The notes under the pieces: model-generated
Seen by the model: only the letters and a program-made list of their open reading frames with translations
Databases searched by the model: none
Told to the model about the DNA's origin: nothing
NCBI RefSeq assembly: GCF_900232105.1
Contig: NZ_LT934425.1
Location: forward strand, 4,200,001 to 4,232,000
DNA length: 32,000 bases
Direction: 5' to 3'
Source: Candidatus Kuenenia stuttgartensis
GTDB taxonomy: Bacteria > Planctomycetota > Brocadiia > Brocadiales > Brocadiaceae
Position numbers and translations under genes: made by a program
Part shown: in pieces, positions 9,092-18,032 of the stretch
Position numbering within the stretch: the stretch's first letter is position 1
How the letters are laid out: each line of letters begins with the position of its first letter

Positions 9092-10144
9092 CTACCCAAA
9101 CATTTTTTTCTCGTCGTAGTTTACTTGCTCCTTTATTATGTAATAACATGCCCTGGCCAGCTTATTGCTCAAGGCTTTCGTTGCCAGAACTACATGGCTC
9201 TTTGACGCCTTCCTCTGATGCCATTTCCTTCCCTTTTCGCAAAATCTTACGTGAAAATGCGCTGCCTCCACATACGCCCACGCAAGGTATTTATTCCCGT
9301 TCTTACGGTTTCCTTTCCCTTTGCTCTTACCATTCGATAATTTTTTTGCCGATACGCATCTGCAATAAGATGAATACATCCCCACATCACTAAATCGCTC
9401 TATGTTCCCAGTCTCCAGCATTATCGTCATTGCCAGGATTTCGCCTATCCCAGGCACCTTGAGCAATTTCTTATACGGCTTCTTTAGCTTCACCTCCTTT
9501 AATACCGCTTTCTCTATCTTGTATATCTGCTTATTTAATACCTCTATTACCTCGTGATCGCACTGTGCTGACATGGTCAAATGCACGTCGCTGAACATCC
9601 CCATTACCTCTTCGTTACTCAGCTTCTTTATCGTATCACCGCTTATCGGTACTCCTTTGTTACGGTTTACCATCGTTTGCATACTCAATATATGCGCTGT
9701 CCTTTGTTGTACCAACATCATCCGCTTCCTCAGTAAATCCCTCACTGACCGCGTCTCTTTGGGATAAATATATCCCTCTGGTAATATCTTTAACCGTAAC
9801 ATCTTTGCCAACCAAAACGAATCCCTCGTGTCGTCAATGTACTTTAATCCCTCATACTGCTGCATTGCCGATGTATTTGCCAGGTGTACCTGATAGCCTG
9901 CCTCCATCAGACCATCCACTATCCAGTACCAGTTAAAGGTCGATTCTACTACTATACCCTTTATTTCTTTTTTGTATGGCTCTAATACGCGCTTTATTTC
10001 ATTGATGTCATTACGGTTTCTCCTCTTGAATACCTTCCGATCCTCCTCATCGAGTATTCCAATATAATTATTATCACCATGTAAATCTATTCCTACGAAA
10101 TATCCCATTGCTCGCTCCCTCCTTACTTTGTTATTATTTAACAA
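9092..10144 (-). CDS. IS110-family (DEDD) transposase
   Basis: YFVGIDLHGDNNYIGILD, VESTFNWYWIVDGL, IDDTRDSFWLAKMLR, KVPGIGEILAMTIMLETGNIERF. Confidence 0.9.
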   Translation of the reverse strand: MLNNNKVRRERAMGYFVGIDLHGDNNYIGILDEEDRKVFKRRNRNDINEIKRVLEPYKKEIKGIVVESTFNWYWIVDGLMEAGYQVHLANTSAMQQYEGLKYIDDTRDSFWLAKMLRLKILPEGYIYPKETRSVRDLLRKRMMLVQQRTAHILSMQTMVNRNKGVPISGDTIKKLSNEEVMGMFSDVHLTMSAQCDHEVIEVLNKQIYKIEKAVLKEVKLKKPYKKLLKVPGIGEILAMTIMLETGNIERFSDVGMYSSYCRCVSAKKLSNGKSKGKGNRKNGNKYLAWAYVEAAHFHVRFCEKGRKWHQRKASKSHVVLATKALSNKLARACYYIIKEQVNYDEKKMFG

Positions 10145-10300
10145 TCGCCTTTCACGGTATCCTCCATTTTACCATGAAGAGTGCGCTCGGAGGTGCCTTC
10201 TATATGATTATCAGGTTTGCAACCTGAACCAAACGTTTTATACTTTCAATCCAGCCTTCTATTAGCAGAACAAATGACAAATAAATTCCAGATTCCAAAC

Positions 10301-10412
10301 AGTCATCATGTTTCATTTGCAACACCCGGAAACGATGAAAATGGTTTTATAACCCTATCGTGTTGTAGTATGTGTACTTAAACTATTTTTTTGTAGTCTT
10401 ACTTTAGAGTCG
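10301..10412. repeat. ~110-bp direct repeat, unit 1
   Basis: tcatcatgtttcatttgcaacacccggaaacgatgaaaatggttttataaccctatcgtgttgtagta...gagtcgg. Confidence 0.7.
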
Positions 10413-10470
10413 GAAACATCTGGCATTTCTGTTTCTGTACCGGTTCAAATGTATAGGGCCATCCAAAAAG

Positions 10471-10733
10471 TATCAGCTTGTCATTGCAAGGGTCTCTCAG
10501 CTTGTCATTGCGAGGGTCTTTTCCGAAGCAATCAGTATACTACGAGATATTTCGTGACGTAAGAAACGCCATATCGCAGGAGAAGCAAATTAAGGGTGGC
10601 TCAAGGGCTTAAAAAATAGAATTAATTAATGGAATGAATGCAGGATGGAAGGATCTCTATGACGGTTTATGAGATTGCTTCGGAAAAGACCCTCGCAATG
10701 ACAAGCTGAGACCCTCGCAATAACAAGCTGATA
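10471..10733. repeat. ~60-bp imperfect inverted repeat (arms 10471-10533 and 10673-10733)
   Basis: Arm 2 gattgcttcggaaaagaccctcgcaatgacaagctgaga... is the reverse complement of arm 1; contains the common cattgcgag...gaagcaatc dispersed repeat motif. Confidence 0.8.
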
Positions 10734-10760
10734 CCCTTGTAATGACAAAATAAGTCACCA

Positions 10761-10871
10761 GTCATCATGTTTCATTTGCAACACCCAGAAACGATAAAAA
10801 TGGGCTTATAACCATATCGTGTTGTAGTATCTGTATTTAAACTATTTTTTGTAGTCTGATTTTCGAGTCAG
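10761..10871. repeat. ~110-bp direct repeat, unit 2
   Basis: gtcatcatgtttcatttgcaacacccagaaacgataaaaatgggcttataaccatatcgtgttgtagtatctg...gagtcag. Confidence 0.7.
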
Positions 10872-10972
10872 GGATTTTGTGCATTGGAATTTTACCGCAG
10901 TACATGGCCCCATTATACGCATAAACTCATAGGTTCAGGTTGCAAGCCAATGTCATTAAGTTAAGAATTATT

Positions 10973-11423
10973 GTAACACTTTGGTTTTTAAAAAAAACGT
11001 ATTACCGATAAGCTCCGTAGGAGCAACCTGTTTGTAGATAGGATACCATAACAGATCGTAGAGACAGGTTTGAAACCTGTCTCTATAATCAGGAGCGGCC
11101 TGTCTTCCTGTCAATCATATACAGGCCGCTCCTACGGAGCTATTTACCTGTTGAATTTTATTGCGCTACAAACAGACCGCCCCTAAAGGGGCTACATTGT
11201 TTTTTATGTCCCCTTGGATTTTTCAAATATAGTCAAACAAATAAGGTTTTCGAAAAATTTACACACCCCCGGCCCCTCTTTTTAGGGGGGAGATAAGAAG
11301 TCCCCTCTATCAAGAGGGGATTTAGGGGTGTGTTTGATAATATGCCTAGTCAAATAAATCTGTTTTTTAGAAAGCCATTTTATCGCCAAATCTCTAAAAT
11401 CATATTTGTTTGGCTATAACTAA
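10973..11423. mobile_element. Family-2 small non-autonomous element, copy a (interrupted by a family-1 MITE and ISAzo13 A)
   Basis: Starts gtaacactttgg...; shares ctccgtaggagc..., acaggccgctcctacggagctatttacc and acagaccgcccct with copies b and c; the distal end is at about 16100-16109 (see inversion finding). Confidence 0.75.
11230..11416. mobile_element. Family-1 MITE, copy M1, 187 bp
   Basis: Ends tagtcaaacaaat / atttgtttggcta; TA duplication at 11228-11229 and 11417-11418. Confidence 0.88.
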
Positions 11424-11459
11424 GGCACTGTCCAAAAATAATTTGGTATTTTTATTAAT

Positions 11460-12398
11460 TTAGTTAAGTGAAATTGTATAATTCCAATCTGGCAAGACAC
11501 TGTGTTTGTTTATGTTTATTTCTTTCATTTGGTCATCAGTGATTTTGATTCCTTTTTGGTATTCTTTCTCGTTAAGAATGGTTTGTACGAGAAGACCCGC
11601 TGTTGTTGTAGTGCCAGCAATTAAACTTAGCATAACATCATAAGACCTCAAAGGATTCCCCTCCCAATTTTTACTGATAAAACTAAACAGACGATGTTCT
11701 ACCGGATTCCATTTTGATGCTCCTGAGGGATAGTGGCAAATCCTGATGGAGAGTCCGTAAACTTTACAAATATTTTGATAAAGCGCATATTTCCACAACC
11801 GGGGACGAAATCCGTTGCTCCCTCCTGCGTCACAAAGAATAAGGAGTTCTTTTGCGCATGGATACCTCTTCCAACCAAATTCATCCAGCCAAATCTTAAT
11901 TGACTCGACTGCAAATTCCGGTGTGTCATAGGACGTACCAACAATAACTGTCCCTAAATTAGTCAGCAATTCATAGATACCAAACGGACATCCAACACCA
12001 ATTGCCTGAGAACGAAAATCATGGGCCAAAACTTCATTTACTATTTTTGTCCACGCCTTGCCCTCATTTCTGAAATTACCTATCAATTCCTTTTTCTTAC
12101 TGTCAACACTGATTATTGGCTGACCAGAATCTTCAAAATACTTTTTTGTCTCATTAATAATTTCAAACTGTCTATTACGGTCCGGATGACGTGTCTCTGC
12201 TATCGTTTTGCGATTTACTCTCAGAGAATAATCCATGTCCTTAAGAAGCTTACTAACTGTTGTTGCACATACGCTTACACCTCTATCACCGCATTCTTTT
12301 TTTAGAGTACGTGTGCTTCTTCTCGTCCATATTTTTCCTTTACCCATTGGGTCTCCTGCAGTATCGCCCTCCATCAATTCTTCAAGAAGTTTTACCAC
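11460..12398 (-). CDS. ISAzo13-family transposase, catalytic part (second frame)
   Basis: SVDSKKKELIGNFRNEGKAW, WLDEFGWKRYPCAKELLILCDAGGSNG, YPSGASKWNPVEHRLFSFISKNWEGNPLRSYDVMLSLI. Confidence 0.88.
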   Translation of the reverse strand: MVKLLEELMEGDTAGDPMGKGKIWTRRSTRTLKKECGDRGVSVCATTVSKLLKDMDYSLRVNRKTIAETRHPDRNRQFEIINETKKYFEDSGQPIISVDSKKKELIGNFRNEGKAWTKIVNEVLAHDFRSQAIGVGCPFGIYELLTNLGTVIVGTSYDTPEFAVESIKIWLDEFGWKRYPCAKELLILCDAGGSNGFRPRLWKYALYQNICKVYGLSIRICHYPSGASKWNPVEHRLFSFISKNWEGNPLRSYDVMLSLIAGTTTTAGLLVQTILNEKEYQKGIKITDDQMKEININKHSVLPDWNYTISLN

Positions 12399-13231
12399 AT
12401 CAGTTTTTTTTTAATCGAAGAACGACCTGAACCAACCTTACGTATCCGTCCCGGTGTAATGTTCTTACTCGAAAGTTCCCGACGCCCCTTGGCAATTGTT
12501 TTTACATTTATGCCGGTTAGCTGTGAAAGTCTTAAATCGCCGCCATGTCCCAGTTTCATTGATTCTAAACCAAGATAAAGCCGTTTCTGCCTTTCATCAA
12601 GTATGGAAAGAAATGTCTGCAGGCAATCCGTAACCACTTCACTCCCAAAGCCGGGAATTAATACCTTTTCTTCCTTACAAGCACACAACATGATTGACTG
12701 TTTACGTCTGGCGAGTTGATCCGTACCTAACACCTTGGAGATATACAAATATTCTCCGGCAATCTGCTCGCGCAAGACCCTTCCAGATACCACTAATTGA
12801 GTCAGTGCATTAAAGACTCGCACATGTACCAGCGTTTGAAGCTCCGAGGCAAAATAACCTTCCTGGGATTTATTAATGATGGCCTCGAGAGTATCTACAA
12901 GACTTCCTTGTTGAGAAAAATATATTTGATTGAAACTCCAAATGCCATATTTATTATAGCTTGCAAGTGTATCCAGTGTATGGTATTTGCCCGCATGGGA
13001 ATAACTCGCACGATGTCCGAGCGATTTTAGCTTCCTGAAAACCGTTGCTTTTGAAGTCGTTCCCAAAGCTTCTTTGATACTGTCCAGAGTTAAAACGACA
13101 TCCCTGCTGAATAGTCCCAAGAGCTTGCGATGAGAATACTTAGCTAAACGCATAATGACACCATTAGGATTAATACGCCGGATAAAATACCACTTAATCC
13201 TAATGTTATCATAATGGCTGGAGGGTGTCAA
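12392..13231 (-). CDS. ISAzo13 transposase N-terminal part with extra winged-helix-like domain (first frame)
   Basis: 279 aa; C-terminal LSILDERQKRLYLGLESMKLGHGGDLRLSQLTGINVKTIAKGRREL resembles the ISAzo13 N-terminus; joins the next ORF through an A9 run. Confidence 0.75.
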   Translation of the reverse strand: MTPSSHYDNIRIKWYFIRRINPNGVIMRLAKYSHRKLLGLFSRDVVLTLDSIKEALGTTSKATVFRKLKSLGHRASYSHAGKYHTLDTLASYNKYGIWSFNQIYFSQQGSLVDTLEAIINKSQEGYFASELQTLVHVRVFNALTQLVVSGRVLREQIAGEYLYISKVLGTDQLARRKQSIMLCACKEEKVLIPGFGSEVVTDCLQTFLSILDERQKRLYLGLESMKLGHGGDLRLSQLTGINVKTIAKGRRELSSKNITPGRIRKVGSGRSSIKKKLMW

Positions 13232-13336
13232 TGCCTATATTTACTAGTTGTAACGGCTATTACCGTGACATACACAAAGACACTGCAACGATACTATTGG
13301 TACTATACAATACCATGTTATTTGTGGTCGCTCCCA

Positions 13337-13691
13337 TAGCTAAGATTTTAAAAGACATAAACAACGGGGATCAGGTTACAAACCTGCTCCCACCCGAACC
13401 ATCCAAGAGTGTACATCCCGAAAGACGCCATCATAAATTCATCTACGGCTTTACCGTTGCCTCATACGAAAAATCCTCCCCCCTCGTCATAGACCCCATC
13501 CTCGAATACTCCACCTACCTTGGAGGAGGCGACACGGATCATGGCTATGGCATAGCGGTGGACGGCGCGGGGTCTGCCTATGTTACCGGATATACTGAGG
13601 GCAACGGCCTCCCAATCGTGGGAACAACGACTCCTCACGGCGGCAGTTATGACGCCTTTGTCACCAAGCTTGGCACATCGGGCAGCAGCAT
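13337..13691 (+). pseudogene. SBBP-repeat secreted protein, middle segment of a gene split by inversion
   Basis: IAKILKDINNGDQV...FIYGFTVASYEKSSPLVIDPILEYSTYLGGGDTDHGYGIAVDGAGSAYVTGYTEG...; homologous to the intact protein at 21364-24642. Confidence 0.8.
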
Positions 13692-13709
13692 CGAATACTC
13701 CACCTACCT

Positions 13710-14225
13710 TCAGAACTCCTGATCTGGTGGAATTTGATTTGATACCAAATTATATACAAGGCGCAGATTTGTGCCTGGGAATAATGTTTCGGAACTATTA
13801 AGTACATCGCATAATTGCTGAACATATCTGTTGTTCCTTGGGTTTGTCATGTTATGAATCGTTATCCTTAAGACGCCATTCTTTTCATCCGGCATTATAT
13901 CTGCATCTGTCATAAAAATTTGACGTACCAGTGATCTTGCTTCATCTTTTTTAGAAATATATTCCTGCAATGTATTTGCCATTGCCGTCTCTGCCCGATA
14001 AGCAATCATTTTGATTGTGTCTACGAATTGCTTTCCGCTCTTCTTTAAATCCTGAAATTTCTTATCTTCCGGGAGTTTTGAAAACTCTATATGTTTCTCC
14101 GTATTCTTTTTTGTCGCCTTGAGTTGTTCAATCTCTTTCTCCAGCGTATCTATCGATTCTCTTATTGTTGCTTTCTCCTGTACATACTTCCGGATATCGG
14201 GTTCTTCTCCTTTCCTGACGGAAAT
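13710..14225 (-). pseudogene. C-terminal remnant of an unidentified large transposase inserted in the SBBP gene
   Basis: EEPDIRKYVQEKATIRESIDTLEKEIEQ...LRITIHNMTNPRNNRYVQQLCDVLNSSETLFPGTNLRLVYNLVS; upstream ORF residues are antisense to SBBP coding DNA. Confidence 0.5.
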
Positions 14226-14908
14226 AAGATAGATGGCGTTGCAAGTACTAATTTCTACGACGCCATATTTACTCCCACAAGCGTTCTTTCTTACGATACT
14301 ACTTATACGGCATTCGCCACTACGAAAATCCAGGCGGCAAACTGGACGGGAACAACAATAGAATCGAATCATTCATGGAGTTTCACCACAGAATCCGCCC
14401 CGATAGTACCCACACCGACCACGGCAGCAGCGGTGTCGCCCACACCCACGGTTTTATTAACGCCGACCCCTACAATCACATCACAGCCCTCGCCAACCCC
14501 GACGGTATCGCAGGACGTTATGACACTGAGCAAGGATGTGGCGTATCTCTCCGGTGATACGGTGATTGTCACGGTAGCGGACGGCGACAGAAACACCGAC
14601 GCAGGGACAAAGGAGATACTCACCACTGCCATAAAGGTTTCGGGCGATAACTATTATATCGGAAGCGACCTCCTGCTGGATTTAAACGAAGACGGCGCTG
14701 ACAGTGGCACATTTATAGCGACCATAAAGACATGTACTACCACGAGCGGAGGGGCAGGTGCAACGGCGCGGTCAAATATCGGTACGGTAAAGACCGTGCA
14801 GGACGGTACGGTTACGGTGGCATACAGCCCACCTTCCGCCGTATCAGTCACAAAGAAACTCTCTTTCAGCAATTTTGACGCACCGCTTGCATTCAGCCGT
14901 CCTGCATA
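14226..14908 (+). pseudogene. SBBP/Big-like secreted protein, C-terminal segment 1
   Basis: DGNKIDGVASTNFYDAIFTPTSVLSYDTTYTAFATTKIQAANWTGTTIESNHSWSFTTES..., Thr/Pro linker, then SGDTVIVTVADGDRNTDAGTKE. Confidence 0.7.
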
Positions 14909-15095
14909 TAGCCAAACAAATATGATTTTAGAGATTTGGCGATAAAATGGCTTTCTAAAAAACAGATTTATTTGACTAGGCATATTATCAAACACACCCC
15001 TAAATCCCCTCTTGATAGAGGGGACTTCTTATCACCCCTCTAAAAAGAGGGGCCGGGGGTGTGTATATTTTTCGAAAACCTTATTTGTTTGACTA
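14909..15095. mobile_element. Family-1 MITE, copy M2, 187 bp
   Basis: tagccaaacaaatatg...ttatttgtttgacta; TA duplication at 14907-14908 and 15096-15097; removal rejoins ORF ...AFSRPAY|LTGEYAEITLNN.... Confidence 0.92.
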
Positions 15096-15097
15096 TA

Positions 15098-15896
15098 TCT
15101 CACCGGGGAATATGCGGAAATCACCCTCAATAATGCGGAGTCGAACGCATACCATAAAGAGGCGGAAACGCTTTTAGAGAAAGTTTATGTACAGACCTCT
15201 CAGTTTAACATTGCAGGGGTAAGTATGGCGGAGACGGGTACCGATACGGGTATATTCATGGGTTCAATACAGATAAGCGCAGATTCCACACTCGACTATG
15301 AACACATACAGGCGGCAGACGGAGATACCCTGACGGCGAGTTTTTATGACGAGACAACCATTACCGGGTTCCCGCAATTGGTGACGGGTACCTGTTCAGT
15401 ATCGGCCCTGCCTGTGCCAACGGCGTCCCCTGCCTTCACACCGGCAACACCAGTTCCCTCGCCGTCAATTACCCCTGTAGCAACGGTACCCGTTCCTACA
15501 CCTACACCTACACCTACACCTACACCTACACCTACACCTACACCTACACCTTCTTCTTCACCCACCCCCGGGACGCCTAGCAAGGCGGAGAAGATAGCGG
15601 TATCGCCGGACTCATTATCTCTGGGAAAGGGTGAGGAAGGGCAGGTGACGGTAATGGTCACTGATGCGGATGGCTTCGGTATTGAAGGGGTCAAAGTGAG
15701 GGGAAAAACAACCACGAGTAACAATAAAAAAATAAAGGTGAAGCCTTCACACCAGAATACAGACGCAGAGGGCAAGGCCGTATTTACCATAACGGCAAAG
15801 AAGAAGTGCAAGAAAAATAATTGTGATGCAAAGGCACGCTTCAAGGCGAAGGGGGTGAAGGAAAAAGCAGAAGTGACCGTCCGGCTGGTGGAATAG
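15098..15896 (+). pseudogene. SBBP/Big-like secreted protein, C-terminal segment 2
   Basis: LTGEYAEITLNNAESNAYHKEAETLLEKVYVQTSQFNIAGVSMAETGTDTGIFMG...; ends in a Big-like domain (TVMVTDADGFGIEGVKVRG...KAVFTITAKK) like the C-terminus of the 1092-aa protein. Confidence 0.75.
15495..15550 (+). repeat. (CCTACA)x9 hexanucleotide microsatellite coding (TP)n
   Basis: Uninterrupted cctaca units inside the ORF, giving PTPTPTPTPTPTPTPTPTP. Confidence 0.9.
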
Positions 15897-15958
15897 GCGT
15901 AAGGCTTTTAATGGTTGATTAGTTGAATCCAGAATCATAACCGGACGTATGTTGGTCA

Positions 15959-15995
15959 ACCCTGACAGGGTGAGGAACCCTGTCAGGGTTTTTTT
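15959..15995 (+). terminator. Rho-independent terminator after the SBBP gene
   Basis: accctgacagggt-gagga-accctgtcagggt, 13-bp perfect stem followed by a T7 tract. Confidence 0.85.
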
Positions 15996-16214
15996 ATGGG
16001 TTCAGGCTTGCAAGCCAATGTCATTAAGTTAAGCAAACGGCCGCAAAAGTCCCACTTAATAAAGGCGGAAAAAGGGTGTTGTTTTTGATTAAATAATTCA
16101 TAGCACCTTTGGGAGCGACCACAAATAACATGGTATTGTATAGTACCAATAGTATCGTTGTAGTGTCTTTGTGTATGTCACGGTAATAGCCGTTACAACT
16201 AGTAAATATAGGCA

Positions 16215-17054
16215 TTGACACCCTCCAGCCATTATGATAACATTAGGATTAAGTGGTATTTTATCCGGCGTATTAATCCTAATGGTGTCATTATGCGTTT
16301 AGCTAAGTATTCTCATCGCAAGCTCTTGGGACTATTCAGCAGGGATGTCGTTTTAACTCTGGACAGTATCAAAGAAGCTTTGGGAACGACTTCAAAAGCA
16401 ACGGTTTTCAGGAAGCTAAAATCGCTCGGACATCGTGCGAGTTATTCCCATGCGGGCAAATACCATACACTGGATACACTTGCAAGCTATAATAAATATG
16501 GCATTTGGAGTTTCAATCAAATATATTTTTCTCAACAAGGAAGTCTTGTAGATACTCTCGAGGCCATCATTAATAAATCCCAGGAAGGTTATTTTGCCTC
16601 GGAGCTTCAAACGCTGGTACATGTGCGAGTCTTTAATGCACTGACTCAATTAGTGGTATCTGGAAGGGTCTTGCGCGAGCAGATTGCCGGAGAATATTTG
16701 TATATCTCCAAGGTGTTAGGTACGGATCAACTCGCCAGACGTAAACAGTCAATCATGTTGTGTGCTTGTAAGGAAGAAAAGGTATTAATTCCCGGCTTTG
16801 GGAGTGAAGTGGTTACGGATTGCCTGCAGACATTTCTTTCCATACTTGATGAAAGGCAGAAACGGCTTTATCTTGGTTTAGAATCAATGAAACTGGGACA
16901 TGGCGGCGATTTAAGACTTTCACAGCTAACCGGCATAAATGTAAAAACAATTGCCAAGGGGCGTCGGGAACTTTCGAGTAAGAACATTACACCGGGACGG
17001 ATACGTAAGGTTGGTTCAGGTCGTTCTTCGATTAAAAAAAAACTGATGTGGTAA
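16215..17054 (+). CDS. ISAzo13 transposase N-terminal part with extra winged-helix-like domain
   Basis: Protein identical to the 12392-13231 ORF; A9 run at 17034-17042 before the stop. Confidence 0.75.
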   Translation: MTPSSHYDNIRIKWYFIRRINPNGVIMRLAKYSHRKLLGLFSRDVVLTLDSIKEALGTTSKATVFRKLKSLGHRASYSHAGKYHTLDTLASYNKYGIWSFNQIYFSQQGSLVDTLEAIINKSQEGYFASELQTLVHVRVFNALTQLVVSGRVLREQIAGEYLYISKVLGTDQLARRKQSIMLCACKEEKVLIPGFGSEVVTDCLQTFLSILDERQKRLYLGLESMKLGHGGDLRLSQLTGINVKTIAKGRRELSSKNITPGRIRKVGSGRSSIKKKLMW

Positions 17055-17965
17055 AACTTCTTGAAGAATTGATGGAGGGCGATACTGCAGGAGACCCAAT
17101 GGGTAAAGGAAAAATATGGACGAGAAGAAGCACACGTACTCTAAAAAAAGAATGCGGTGATAGAGGTGTAAGCGTATGTGCAACAACAGTTAGCAGGCTT
17201 CTTAAGGACATGGATTATTCTCTGAGAGTAAATCGCAAAACGATAGCAGAGACACGTCATCCGGACCGTAATAGACAGTTTGAAATTATTAATGAGACAA
17301 AAAAGTATTTTGAAGATTCTGGTCAGCCAATAATCAGTGTTGACAGTAAGAAAAAGGAATTGATAGGTAATTTCAGAAATGAGGGCAAGGCGTGGACAAA
17401 AATAGTAAATGAAGTTTTGGCCCATGATTTTCGTTCTCAGGCAATTGGTGTTGGATGTCCGTTTGGTATCTATGAATTGCTGACTAATTTAGGGACAGTT
17501 ATTGTTGGTACGTCCTATGACACACCGGAATTTGCAGTCGAGTCAATTAAGATTTGGCTGGATGAATTTGGTTGGAAGAGGTATCCATGCGCAAAAGAAC
17601 TCCTTATTCTTTGTGACGCAGGAGGGAGCAACGGATTTCGTCCCCGGTTGTGGAAATATGCGCTTTATCAAAATATTTGTAAAGTTTACGGACTCTCCAT
17701 CAGGATTTGCCACTATCCCTCAGGAGCATCAAAATGGAATCCGGTAGAACATCGTCTGTTTAGTTTTATCAGTAAAAATTGGGAGGGGAATCCTTTGAGG
17801 TCTTATGATGTTATGCTAAGTTTAATTGCTGGCACTACAACAACAGCGGGTCTTCTCGTACAAACCATTCTTAACGAGAAAGAATACCAAAAAGGAATCA
17901 AAATCACTGATGACCAAATGAAAGAAGTAAAGAATCCACCCGCGGAGCAGGTGGCTTTGGGATAA
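17048..17965 (+). CDS. ISAzo13 transposase catalytic part, C-terminal residues replaced by IS200 insertion
   Basis: Matches the 11460-12398 ORF up to ITDDQMKE, then diverges at the 17926/17927 insertion point. Confidence 0.85.
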   Translation: MVKLLEELMEGDTAGDPMGKGKIWTRRSTRTLKKECGDRGVSVCATTVSRLLKDMDYSLRVNRKTIAETRHPDRNRQFEIINETKKYFEDSGQPIISVDSKKKELIGNFRNEGKAWTKIVNEVLAHDFRSQAIGVGCPFGIYELLTNLGTVIVGTSYDTPEFAVESIKIWLDEFGWKRYPCAKELLILCDAGGSNGFRPRLWKYALYQNICKVYGLSIRICHYPSGASKWNPVEHRLFSFISKNWEGNPLRSYDVMLSLIAGTTTTAGLLVQTILNEKEYQKGIKITDDQMKEVKNPPAEQVALG

Positions 17966-18032
17966 CCCCTATAAGGGGATGAAAATGCCTTCCTTCCAAA
18001 GGAAGCAAGGTTGAGTTGTCCCCATTTTAAAT

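Larger units (their letters stand above)
11424..13336 (-). mobile_element. ISAzo13-family element A, 1913 bp
   Basis: Same length and ends as element B after subtracting B's nested insert; imperfect ends ggcactgtcc... / ...ggtcgctccca. Confidence 0.88.

Noticed and set aside
8872-9393. 173-aa plus-strand ORF (MGLSTSVQSLFTEYSALRPKPHGS...)
   Set aside because: The right part is antisense to the IS110 transposase C-terminus (9092-10144) and the left part crosses an IS4 boundary; no recognisable domain.
12797-13030. ORFs antisense to the ISAzo13 N-terminal ORF (also 16416-16649)
   Set aside because: Duplicated only because the IS is duplicated; antisense to a supported coding region.
13225-13722. 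165-aa ORF as an intact gene starting in ISAzo13
   Set aside because: The first ~37 residues are ISAzo13 end sequence (the same as the 16024-16221 ORF); real homology starts at the IS boundary.
14091-14945. 284-aa ORF as an intact gene
   Set aside because: The N-terminal ~42 residues are antisense to a transposase remnant and the last ~12 come from the MITE; only the middle is SBBP/Big-like.
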